A DNA stretch of 32,000 nt from Candidatus Omnitrophota bacterium (lineage in GTDB: Bacteria; Omnitrophota; Gorgyraeia; 2-01-FULL-45-10). Of this stretch, positions 8,902-16,338 are shown piece after piece. The stretch covers positions 209,789-241,788 of the forward strand of contig JAMWCX010000001.1 of assembly GCA_023818895.1 (NCBI GenBank), given 5' to 3'. How positions within the stretch are numbered: position 1 is the stretch's first letter; every line of letters begins with the position of its first letter. The notes below the pieces were generated by a model. The model saw nothing but the letters and a program-made list of their open reading frames with translations. It searched no databases and was not told where the DNA came from. Made by a program: the position numbers and the translations under genes.

Positions 8902-8931
8902 ATTATAGACCTTGCGAGTTAGGTATGTCAA
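8902..8931 (-). promoter_or_regulatory. consensus sigma70-type promoter TTGACA-N18-TATAAT immediately upstream of the HD-GYP gene
   Basis: The minus strand reads GGATTGACATACCTAACTCGCAAGGTCTATAATCACTTATTATAATG. The -35 is at 8931-8926 and the -10 at 8907-8902. Only 11 nt separate the -10 from the ATG at 8890, and there is no SD sequence. Confidence 0.5.
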
Positions 8932-8934
8932 TCC

Positions 8935-9294
8935 CTATCTAGCGGGATGTTTTGTGAAGGCGATATATGCCTGATAGGAATCGTCGAATATGTTGAAGAT
9001 GGTATCCAGTTTTGTTACTTTCAATATTTCAAGTATTTTTTGCCCTAATTGCGCCAACCCCAGATTAACGCCCGCCGCCCCGAGATCTTTCGATATCTCC
9101 ATAAGCGCGCTAAGAAATATTGATGACATGTATTCGATGGTGGAAAAATTTAATACCACCGCCGTTATGCCACGCGAGATATTATCTTTTATGAGCGTTT
9201 TTAATTTTTCGGCCTCCTCAGGTCCCAGCTCCGGGCCTCTCGGCTTAAGAAATAAAATCGACTCTTTTGTCTCTATGTCTATCTTGCGCCCCAT
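8935..9294 (-). CDS. STAS domain protein (anti-sigma-factor antagonist family)
   Basis: 119 aa. Size and pattern (LFLKPRGPELGPEEAEKLKTLI...VVLNFSTIEYMSSIFLSALMEI...LGLAQLGQKILEILKVTKLDTIFNIF) fit SpoIIAA-like STAS proteins. Confidence 0.7.
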   Translation of the reverse strand: MGRKIDIETKESILFLKPRGPELGPEEAEKLKTLIKDNISRGITAVVLNFSTIEYMSSIFLSALMEISKDLGAAGVNLGLAQLGQKILEILKVTKLDTIFNIFDDSYQAYIAFTKHPAR

Positions 9295-9333
9295 ATCTTA
9301 TTCTTTCGTGTGGCCGGCTTTTTGTATACGCCT

Positions 9334-9831
9334 TTAAAATCCCAAGGAACTGAGAAGCCTGCCCATCCAGTGGAGACGGTACATGGTGCTCTCTACCCTG
9401 CCAAGTTCTCTGATAAGTTTTGCTTGCGTCTCGGCTACGCCTTTTTCGGCGATACGCAGCTTTTCATATTCCACTCCGCCTTTCTTTATGAATTCAGCCG
9501 CTTTTTCAAGTTCTCCCTTGTCAAAAAAGGTGCCATGCCTATGGCATTTATCGACTATTATGCCGGAATGATGCATATAGTTTTTGCGCCACATCAGCTC
9601 ACCGCACCTCGGACATTTGAAATATTTGACGGCCTCTATCTGGCCGAGTGGCTGGTAGATTTGCCTAAGCCTTTTAATCTCATCGACCGTGAAAACAGTC
9701 GGCTTCATGCCCAGGGCTGACTTCTCCTCCTCCACATCGACCCATATACCGCCGCAGCGCGGACACTCATCTACCTCACAGCCTTCGACATCCGCAACCG
9801 TCATATCAACTCCGCATTTTGGACATCTCAT
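9334..9831 (-). CDS. double zinc-ribbon protein (TFIIB-type zf-ribbon repeats)
   Basis: 165 aa with two CxxC...CxxC/CxxxH modules: MRCPKCGVDM...CPRCGGIWVD and KCPRCGELMW...DKCHRHGTFFDKGELEK. Confidence 0.65.
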   Translation of the reverse strand: MRCPKCGVDMTVADVEGCEVDECPRCGGIWVDVEEEKSALGMKPTVFTVDEIKRLRQIYQPLGQIEAVKYFKCPRCGELMWRKNYMHHSGIIVDKCHRHGTFFDKGELEKAAEFIKKGGVEYEKLRIAEKGVAETQAKLIRELGRVESTMYRLHWMGRLLSSLGF

Positions 9832-9850
9832 TGTTGGTTACTCCTGAGGC

Positions 9851-11002
9851 TTAAACTCTTTCATACGGTTCGAAGAACTTCTTGTACTCGTCTAGCGCGT
9901 AACGGTCCGTCATGCCTGCGATGTAGTCACAAATAACGCGTTGCTTTCCCTCTCTCTTGAGGCGCGCCTGTGTGCTGGGAGGAAGCTGTTCCGGCTTATC
10001 AAGATATATATTAAAGAGGCTTTCGATGAACCTGTAGGCCTTGTTGGCCATCCTAACCACTCTATAATGCTGGTATAGGTTTTTGACCAGAAATTCGCGC
10101 ATCGCATCGCGCAGCGGCTTCATGTTCTTTGACGACTGGACGATCCTCTCAGGTATGTTTATAACATCCTGAATGGTGCGAATGCCGAACTTTTTTATAT
10201 TTGACTCGGTCTGGATTATGACGTCCGTCACCTGATCGTTTATAAGCCCGCGTATTATCTGGTATTTACGGATCTCGTCTTTTATCCTCGGGTATCTTTT
10301 CTCGATCGCCTTCTTCTTATCCGCCCAAAGACGTAAATGCCGTAGATCAGTCTCTTTAATGAGACCGCTCGTTATCCCGTCGTCAAGGTCGTGGTTGTCA
10401 TAGGCTATCTCGTCCGCTATGTCGACCACCTGGATCTCCAGCAGGGGCGAGCCCTTCGATTCGAACGGTATGGCTGGTCTTGGCCTGTCAAAGGAGGTAG
10501 AGTGTTTTATTATCCCCACCCTTACCTCGTATGTGAGGTTCAGGCCCGGAAATTCCGGATAACGCTGTTCGAGATAATCCACCACCCGTAGCCCTTGTGC
10601 GTTATGTTCAAAACCACCATAGTCCTTCATCATATCATGCAGCGCGTCCTCGCCAGAGTGGCCGAAGGGCGTGTGTCCTAGATCATGCGCCAGGCTTATG
10701 GCTTCCACTAGATCTTCATTCAGCCGGAGCGCTCTGGCTATCGACCTCGCGATCTGGCTAACTTCGAGAGTATGCGTAAGCCTTGTCCTGTAATAGTCAC
10801 CTTCGTGATTGACAAAGACCTGAGTCTTGTATTCTAGCCGCCTAAATGCTGTCGAATATATTATTCGGTCACGATCGCGCTGGTAGCACGACCGATAATC
10901 ATGCTCCGCCTCCTTATACACCCGTCCTTTAGTCATTCGGCTGTGTTGGGCATAAGGAGCAAGAAGATCTTCTCTTTTTTCCAGGTCTTTTCTTTTTAAC
11001 AT
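9851..11002 (-). CDS. dgt: dGTPase-like deoxynucleoside triphosphate triphosphohydrolase (HD domain, Dgt-like family)
   Basis: 383 aa. Motifs include YQRDRDRIIYSTAFRRLEYKTQVF, RTRLTHTLEVSQIARSIARAL, AHDLGHTPFGHSGE and DIADEIAYDNHDLDDG. C-terminal ICDYIAGMTDRYA is typical of the family. Confidence 0.85.
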   Translation of the reverse strand: MLKRKDLEKREDLLAPYAQHSRMTKGRVYKEAEHDYRSCYQRDRDRIIYSTAFRRLEYKTQVFVNHEGDYYRTRLTHTLEVSQIARSIARALRLNEDLVEAISLAHDLGHTPFGHSGEDALHDMMKDYGGFEHNAQGLRVVDYLEQRYPEFPGLNLTYEVRVGIIKHSTSFDRPRPAIPFESKGSPLLEIQVVDIADEIAYDNHDLDDGITSGLIKETDLRHLRLWADKKKAIEKRYPRIKDEIRKYQIIRGLINDQVTDVIIQTESNIKKFGIRTIQDVINIPERIVQSSKNMKPLRDAMREFLVKNLYQHYRVVRMANKAYRFIESLFNIYLDKPEQLPPSTQARLKREGKQRVICDYIAGMTDRYALDEYKKFFEPYERV

Positions 11003-11006
11003 ACGT

Positions 11007-11477
11007 TTATTTTTTCTTTAGGATATTGTACAGGACATCTAAGGATTCGGATACTATCTTGGTGTTAGCCACGATTGGCATGAAGTTCGTGTCGCCCGTC
11101 CACCGAGGGACTATATGAACGTGGACATGCCCAGGATATCCCGCCCCGCCTATCTTACCCAGGTTCCACCCTATATTGTAGCCGTGCGGTTTCATCTTTT
11201 GGTCGATGACAGCCTTTGTCCTGTTGACAAGGCGTATGAGGTCGAACAGTTCAGCATCTGAAAGAAACTCCAGAGAAGATAAGTGTCGGTATGGAGCGAC
11301 CATTATATGGCCGTTGTTATAGGGATATATATTAAGCATTGAAAAGGAATGAGTGGATCTTTCAAGAATATATCGTGCCCTCGGGTTTTTTGCGTTCTTC
11401 GCTCCACAAAATATGCACTTTTTCCTTTTCCGCAGGTATATGTATTTGCTGCGCCACGGGGCCCATAACCTATCCAT
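11007..11477 (-). CDS. HIT family protein (Ap4A phosphorylase/nucleotidyl-transferase-like subgroup)
   Basis: 156 aa with LWAPWRSKYI at the N-terminus, NIYPYNNGHIMV, and the histidine triad GHVHVHIVPRWTGDTNFM. GAGGTG lies 6 nt upstream of the ATG. Confidence 0.8.
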   Translation of the reverse strand: MDRLWAPWRSKYIYLRKRKKCIFCGAKNAKNPRARYILERSTHSFSMLNIYPYNNGHIMVAPYRHLSSLEFLSDAELFDLIRLVNRTKAVIDQKMKPHGYNIGWNLGKIGGAGYPGHVHVHIVPRWTGDTNFMPIVANTKIVSESLDVLYNILKKK

Positions 11478-11502
11478 TCAAACACCTCATTAGCTTACAA
11501 AA

Positions 11503-12330
11503 TCACAAAGACGCCCGCTTTTCCTTTTCCAGCTTTGCGCGGGCATCAGCGAAGAAAGGTTCCGCGAACTCAGTACACCATGTCTTTTCCTCAAATGGCC
11601 TGTTGGACACCATATTGAGGAAGTTTTTGAAATCATCAAAGTAGCTGCCGTATATGTGAAAACTGTCGCTTATATCAACATATCTACCCACACTTACCGG
11701 CTTGGAAGCAATCTTCGAGATTTCTTCAGCTATAACCCTCTGCAGGTCCGTCAGTGCGAATATATTCATAAAACTCGCCTTATAGGCGTCCCGCGAGCGC
11801 CAGTGTGTGTTCATATCCAGCGAATAGTGACCGTTATCCTGTTTTACGAGACGGCACCATATTCGTTGCAGGCACGGCGGATCATCTGTTTGGGGGTCAA
11901 GCTTTGCGTTCCATGTTATACCCTGCGCTCTCCTGGAATAGGGGGTACTAGCAAGCTTTTTTGCTATATAGTTTAGCTGGTCTATCGTCTGGCCATCTAT
12001 GTAGTAGCTGGCAAGCCTCTGATGGTAAGTATATGTCCACTTGCCTTCTTCTGGTTTGATCCAATGGTCATGGATACCCAGAACAACTTCCTGCCGGTAT
12101 ATTTCCAGATCCTCGAGGCCGCCAGGAAATGCCCTGTGGATCCTTGGTTCCTTGAAAGGATCGTTTATGACCATTATCATTGTGGAATCTTTGCTTGGCG
12201 CGTCGCCTGGCTTGTCGTATTCAGTCTTTATGTCGAGTCCTTCTTTCCAAGTCGCTATAACAGCCCTTTCCCACACTTCTGGTAACGTGTCTCCCTCGAC
12301 CTTTAGAACAGGTATCTTTCTGTTTATCAT
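11503..12330 (-). CDS. thymidylate synthase (ThyA superfamily) homologue, divergent/archaeal-like type
   Basis: 275 aa. DQLNYIAKKLASTPYSRRAQGITWN aligns to the ThyA dUMP-phosphate Arg-Arg block. PPCLQRIW carries the catalytic Cys, and HWRSRDAY...FMNIFAL carries the R-S-x-D and Asn blocks. FHIYGSY is also present. ATGA overlap with the upstream stop. Confidence 0.7.
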   Translation of the reverse strand: MINRKIPVLKVEGDTLPEVWERAVIATWKEGLDIKTEYDKPGDAPSKDSTMIMVINDPFKEPRIHRAFPGGLEDLEIYRQEVVLGIHDHWIKPEEGKWTYTYHQRLASYYIDGQTIDQLNYIAKKLASTPYSRRAQGITWNAKLDPQTDDPPCLQRIWCRLVKQDNGHYSLDMNTHWRSRDAYKASFMNIFALTDLQRVIAEEISKIASKPVSVGRYVDISDSFHIYGSYFDDFKNFLNMVSNRPFEEKTWCTEFAEPFFADARAKLEKEKRASL

Positions 12331-12809
12331 AGCGTAAGAATCTTTCCTTCTATTTTTTTATCTGTCACCTCAAGGATGCCGTAAGAGTTGGTATCGGTAA
12401 AAATCGTATCGGTGGGGCTTCCTGGATTGAAAAAAAGCACCCCTTCTTTTGTAATGTTGACGGCAACATGTGAGTGGCCAAACACGATTGCGTCTACACT
12501 TCCGAACTCCGAACGGACTGTCTCCATAATGTCTCTGGGAGCTCCGTATCCATGTATTAGGCCTATCTTGAATTTTCCGACGCTTATCACCTCCTTGGAG
12601 TTAAGGGAACGACGAAGCTCGGCGCAGTCCATATTGCCAGCTACGGCATACAGCTTCTTCAGCTTTTTAAGCTTCGCGAAGAAGTCATAATCAACAAAGT
12701 CGCCGGCGTGAATCAACATGTCCATAGATTTTATATCTTTGTATATTACCGCCGGCAGGTCCTCCGCGACTCTGGGAATATGTGTGTCTGATAATACCAG
12801 TATTCTCAA
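12327..12809 (-). CDS. YfcE/MJ0936-family metallophosphoesterase
   Basis: 160 aa with MRILVLSDTHIP (DxH), HAGDF (GD), AGNMD (GNxD) and FGHSH (GHxH). The start is a TTG at 12809 that forms a TTGA overlap with the ATPase stop. This N-terminus matches the family. Confidence 0.85.
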   Translation of the reverse strand: MRILVLSDTHIPRVAEDLPAVIYKDIKSMDMLIHAGDFVDYDFFAKLKKLKKLYAVAGNMDCAELRRSLNSKEVISVGKFKIGLIHGYGAPRDIMETVRSEFGSVDAIVFGHSHVAVNITKEGVLFFNPGSPTDTIFTDTNSYGILEVTDKKIEGKILTL

Positions 12810-14437
12810 GTCAACACTATTCTCTTTTTACGATAAAGGTTAAGAAGATTATTGATAGTCCGGCTATCCCAGATAGTTATCTTGAGCTCCTTGGCGAGAA
12901 GTTTTGTGTTCTCGTCCATGCCTTTTAGGGGTATTATAACTTTATTCGATATCTTGCAGTTTAGAGACTTGGCATTCTTTATAAAGGATATTATGTCATT
13001 TTCATTTAAGTTGCGGTCATAAACCTGCGCTATCCAGAAATTGCCTCTGAAGGAGGCAGCCACATACTGTGAGGAGTCGGCAAAATATCGTGTCTCAACT
13101 TTAGTAAAATGCGGCAGTTTTATGCTCTTGGAGTCTACCTGAACGAGATCGTTAGAAAATGAGCCAAATAATTGGGCGATTCTAGACGAAGCGCTCATGG
13201 CGTACTCCTGTTCAAAAGAAGTCATATAGGATAATACCTCTTCCCTGAAAAGAGACACCTTGTCGAAAGTGCCGTCTATGAGTAGATCCTTTTTTCTCTT
13301 GTATACGTTCTTAAGCCAGAACTCAAGCATAACGTCATCTATGGAGTAGAATACGCCGTTTTTGGTTATGAGCCCGATTTCGCAAAGATGCGCCAGGGTG
13401 TCCGCCGCCTCGCGTTGACGCATCTTAATCGTTTTCGCGATATCGGGGCGCCTGTTGATGCCGTTGGCGATCGTAACTAATACCGAGATGTGGATGTCCC
13501 TGCGCTTGGTATCGAGAAGCTCGAGCAGATAATTCAGCAGATATTGATGTATGACCCCGTTTGCGTTATAAACAATATCCAATATTGCGTCAGCAAGTTC
13601 TTCCTTGCCGACGAAACTCTTCATCCGATCCATGGCAATGGATTTAAGACTGCTGGCTAGCTTGCTCAGGTAAAACGGATTGCCATCAGTAAAAGCCAGC
13701 AGAAATTTCCGAGTAAAATCCTCTATCTCAAACCCTCCAAGCCTTGTGTCCAGAAACTCGCAGGATGCCTTGATGCCAAAGTTAGACACCTTCACTACCT
13801 CGAAGTTCCCAAAGAGTAGGGACAGCTTCTCGGATATTATCTTCTTTATAGCGAGGTTTCTGGAGCTTGAGATAATATACATTGTATCCTTCTGGACCAT
13901 GATGACTTTGCCGAATCCCGAAAAAGGGTTCTTTATACCAAGGTGCTCAAGGTTGTCGAATTCATCGAGTATTACTATGCATGGAATATTGATCTCCGCC
14001 TTCATTACAGATGTCAGTTCCAGAAGGGATGAATAAGCTTGGTCGTATTCTTCATTTTCTATTAGAGAATAGATCTGAGAAGCTGCGCAAGCCGTCCTGG
14101 GGAGAATGTCTTTCGATTTCTCCATAAGATCGGCAAGGTCGGTGGGTGGATTCTGCCCTCTGGCAAGAAGTGCATTATAAAGGAGAGTAGCTATGAATTT
14201 TCTGGCAAATGAACTAAAAGGCTCCTTTACGACTTCCACATATATAGGAATGAAGCCCTCATCCTGTATCGATCGCAGAAAATGCAATATGATAGATGAC
14301 TTTCCAGCCAAGCTCTGTCCCGTAAGCGCTACATTCTGTCGGTAGCCGTCTTTAAGGGCAAGGGCCCTTTTGCGCAATATTTCCAGGACATCATCTCTAC
14401 CGAAAAACTTTTCTCCTACAACAGGTTCGCTGAACAT
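12806..14437 (-). CDS. P-loop ATPase (archaeal-ATPase/ATPase_2-like) with wHTH and a C-terminal restriction-endonuclease-like/DUF234-like region
   Basis: 543 aa with FFGRDDVLEIL, Walker A GQSLAGKSS and Walker B VILDEFD. There is a wHTH-like segment ISVLVTIANGINRRPDIAKTIKMRQREAADTLAHLCEIGLI. The last ~100 aa resemble the DUF234/Mrr-like fold, but the usual E-x-K position reads AQVYD. By eye, GC is lower than in the neighbours. Confidence 0.65.
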   Translation of the reverse strand: MFSEPVVGEKFFGRDDVLEILRKRALALKDGYRQNVALTGQSLAGKSSIILHFLRSIQDEGFIPIYVEVVKEPFSSFARKFIATLLYNALLARGQNPPTDLADLMEKSKDILPRTACAASQIYSLIENEEYDQAYSSLLELTSVMKAEINIPCIVILDEFDNLEHLGIKNPFSGFGKVIMVQKDTMYIISSSRNLAIKKIISEKLSLLFGNFEVVKVSNFGIKASCEFLDTRLGGFEIEDFTRKFLLAFTDGNPFYLSKLASSLKSIAMDRMKSFVGKEELADAILDIVYNANGVIHQYLLNYLLELLDTKRRDIHISVLVTIANGINRRPDIAKTIKMRQREAADTLAHLCEIGLITKNGVFYSIDDVMLEFWLKNVYKRKKDLLIDGTFDKVSLFREEVLSYMTSFEQEYAMSASSRIAQLFGSFSNDLVQVDSKSIKLPHFTKVETRYFADSSQYVAASFRGNFWIAQVYDRNLNENDIISFIKNAKSLNCKISNKVIIPLKGMDENTKLLAKELKITIWDSRTINNLLNLYRKKRIVLT

Positions 14438-14531
14438 GTATTCACTCGTGCTTTTTTTAAATAAATTTATCCTGCGTATACAATTCTATCGGCCACACAT
14501 ACAAAGGTGGAGTAGAATGTAGATTCTGTTG

Positions 14532-15338
14532 CTATCTTGTCAAATAAAATTCTGGATTCTGCGGTTCTCCGTTTCGGCGTATCTCAAAATGGAGCATCGG
14601 TTCGGTAGCACGCCCGCTTGAACCCACCCTAGCTATCACATCACGCTGGTTGACTACATCGCCCACGTTTACCAGTATTTCGGAATTGTATGAGTAGACT
14701 GTCTGGTAACCGTCCATGTGGTCTATTATCACTGTCTGCCCAAAACCCTTGAACTGGGAATCCCGATAGACGACCTTTCCAGACTTTGAGGCCATGACGT
14801 TCGTTCCTTCGCGCGCCCTTATATCTATTCCCTTATTGATTCCTTTGTCGACTTTTGAGCCGAAGCGCGATACTACCGTTCCGCGAACCGGCCACATGAA
14901 AGAACCGGAACGGGCAGCCGTGTAATTGCGTTTTTTAGTCACCTGTTTCGAGGATACGGCGCTAGGCCGACTCGGTATGGTCAATATCTGCCCTTTCTCT
15001 ATAACGCCGGTGTTTTTGATGGAGTTTATCCTGGCAAGCTCATCTATGTCGACGTTATAGGCTTTTGATATACTCCATAGCGTCTCCCCTGGTTTAACTA
15101 TATGGCGCATCGATTGCTGCGCGATTGGCTGCAGGCCGCCGGCGGCAGGGGCAAGTCTTACCACATCGTATTCCTGCGGATAGGATGACATGCCGCAAGG
15201 CGCGCTGTAGCTTGCATAGTTATGCGACCGCGAAGTGGTAGTGCATCCCCCAAGAAATAAGATCATGACTATGCTTATAATAGTTCTCATAAGTATTTTA
15301 TTACGTCGCTTCAAACGAAACAATAAAACCAGAAGCAT
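14532..15338 (-). CDS. nlpD: NlpD-like lipoprotein: LysM domain plus degenerate LytM (M23) domain
   Basis: 268 aa. GGAGGG lies 5 nt upstream of the ATG, and there is a lipobox-like LFLGGC. The LysM domain reads HIVKPGETLWSISKAYNVDIDELARINSI...GQILTIP. The LytM block NKGIDIRAREGTNVMASKSGKVVY...VIIDHMDGYQTVYSYN...GSSGRATEPMLHFEIRRNGEPQNP closely parallels E. coli NlpD, including Asn in place of the first Zn-ligand His. Confidence 0.85.
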   Translation of the reverse strand: MLLVLLFRLKRRNKILMRTIISIVMILFLGGCTTTSRSHNYASYSAPCGMSSYPQEYDVVRLAPAAGGLQPIAQQSMRHIVKPGETLWSISKAYNVDIDELARINSIKNTGVIEKGQILTIPSRPSAVSSKQVTKKRNYTAARSGSFMWPVRGTVVSRFGSKVDKGINKGIDIRAREGTNVMASKSGKVVYRDSQFKGFGQTVIIDHMDGYQTVYSYNSEILVNVGDVVNQRDVIARVGSSGRATEPMLHFEIRRNGEPQNPEFYLTR

Positions 15339-15363
15339 AAAAACCCTCCGGCTCTTTTGTCGC

Positions 15364-15438
15364 TGGAGCGGGTGAAGGGAGTCGAACCCTCGTACCCAGC
15401 TTGGGAAGCTGGAACACTAGCCGTTGTGTTACACCCGC
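15364..15438 (-). tRNA. tRNA-Gly (anticodon CCC), CCA-encoded
   Basis: The reverse complement is GCGGGTG-TA-ACAC-AACGGCTA-GTGT-T-CCAGC-TTCCCAA-GCTGG-GTAC-GAGGG-TTCGACT-CCCTT-CACCCGC-T-CCA. This is 75 nt with a full cloverleaf, U33, anticodon CCC, a TTCGA T-loop and discriminator U. It is very similar to E. coli tRNA-Gly(CCC). Confidence 0.92.
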
Positions 15439-16338
15439 TCAAAATCTTGTTATCCTCCTGAAAGCGGAAAATCTGTCCTCCAAATCCTTCCTAGATATCT
15501 CCAAAAGCCTGTTGACGCTGAAATCCTCGACCGCGAAAGATGCCATTATGCTGCCGTATATGATGCTCTTACGTATGTTGGATTCGCTCAAGATCCTAGA
15601 CCTCGCCAGGTACCCCATCATTCCGCCGGCGAAGGTATCACCGGCGCCCGTCGGATCATAAACAGTTTCCAGTAGATACGCCGGCGCGATAAAGTGGGTA
15701 TTCTTTGAGAAGTAAAGCACACCGTACTCTCCCCTTTTTATTATCACGGCCTTGGGGCCGAACGATATGATAAGCTGCGCCGCCTTTAATAGGTTTGATT
15801 CGCCGCTCAGCTGTCTGGCCTCCGCGTCGTTGAGAAGCATTATATCAATCTTATCAAGGAGTTTCTCAAGGGATCTTCTTTTGGTCTCTATCCAGTAGTT
15901 CATCGAATCACAGGCTACCACCTTTGGTCTTTTGACTTGCTTAAGGACGCTGTATTGAAGGTCGGGATCTATGTTAGCAAGAAACAAAAAATCGGGGTTT
16001 CGTAATTTTTTGAGAATCTGGGGGTTAAAATTGCTGAAGACATTTAAATGCGTTGCTATGGTGTGAGCGGTGTTTAGATCATAATCGTAGCGACCCTCCC
16101 ATCGGAATGTCTTACCCTTTGCCACTGTAAGGCCGTCTATTCCTATACCCCTCTTTTTAAACATTGTTAAGTATCTTTTAGGAAAATCTTCGCCTACTAC
16201 GGCGACGATGTCGACCTTGTCAAAAAACGAGGCGGCAAGTGAGAAAAACGTAGCCGAACCGCCCAATATCTCTTCTTTTTTACCGAACGGAGTTTTCACG
16301 GTATCAAGCGCTACCGAGCCTATGACAAGTATACTCAC
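15439..16338 (-). CDS. PfkB-family (ribokinase superfamily) kinase, substrate unknown
   Basis: SILVIGSVALDTV...GGSA is the N-terminal motif, and DPTGAGDTFAGG is PfkB signature 2. The track start at 16383 is a TTG inside thiC. A GTG at 16338 gives a GTGA overlap with the thiC stop and has AAGG 7 nt upstream. The TGA stop (15441-15439) abuts the tRNA 5' end. Confidence 0.8.
   Translation of the reverse strand: MSILVIGSVALDTVKTPFGKKEEILGGSATFFSLAASFFDKVDIVAVVGEDFPKRYLTMFKKRGIGIDGLTVAKGKTFRWEGRYDYDLNTAHTIATHLNVFSNFNPQILKKLRNPDFLFLANIDPDLQYSVLKQVKRPKVVACDSMNYWIETKRRSLEKLLDKIDIMLLNDAEARQLSGESNLLKAAQLIISFGPKAVIIKRGEYGVLYFSKNTHFIAPAYLLETVYDPTGAGDTFAGGMMGYLARSRILSESNIRKSIIYGSIMASFAVEDFSVNRLLEISRKDLEDRFSAFRRITRF

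Noticed and set aside
9851-11002. The dGTPase-like gene on its own as an anti-phage dNTP-depletion effector.
   Set aside because: The motif set (YQRDRDRI, HDLGHTPFGH, C-terminal AGMTDRYA) matches the widespread core Dgt-like family. Only the operon context is flagged, and a phylogeny would be needed to claim a defence role.
14438-14543. Promoter or terminator in the largest intergenic gap (94 nt) upstream of the ATPase gene.
   Set aside because: The only candidate is partial. TTGACA (14543-14538) lies inside the end of the NlpD-like CDS, followed by a 16-nt spacer and TACATT (14521-14516). There is no stem-loop plus T-tract. This is too weak to annotate without transcript data.
15339-15463. 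tRNA-Gly as a possible genomic-island integration site.
   Set aside because: There is no integrase, recombinase or phage gene on either side, and I noticed no direct repeat of the tRNA 3' end nearby. The flanking genes are ordinary (PfkB kinase, NlpD-like).
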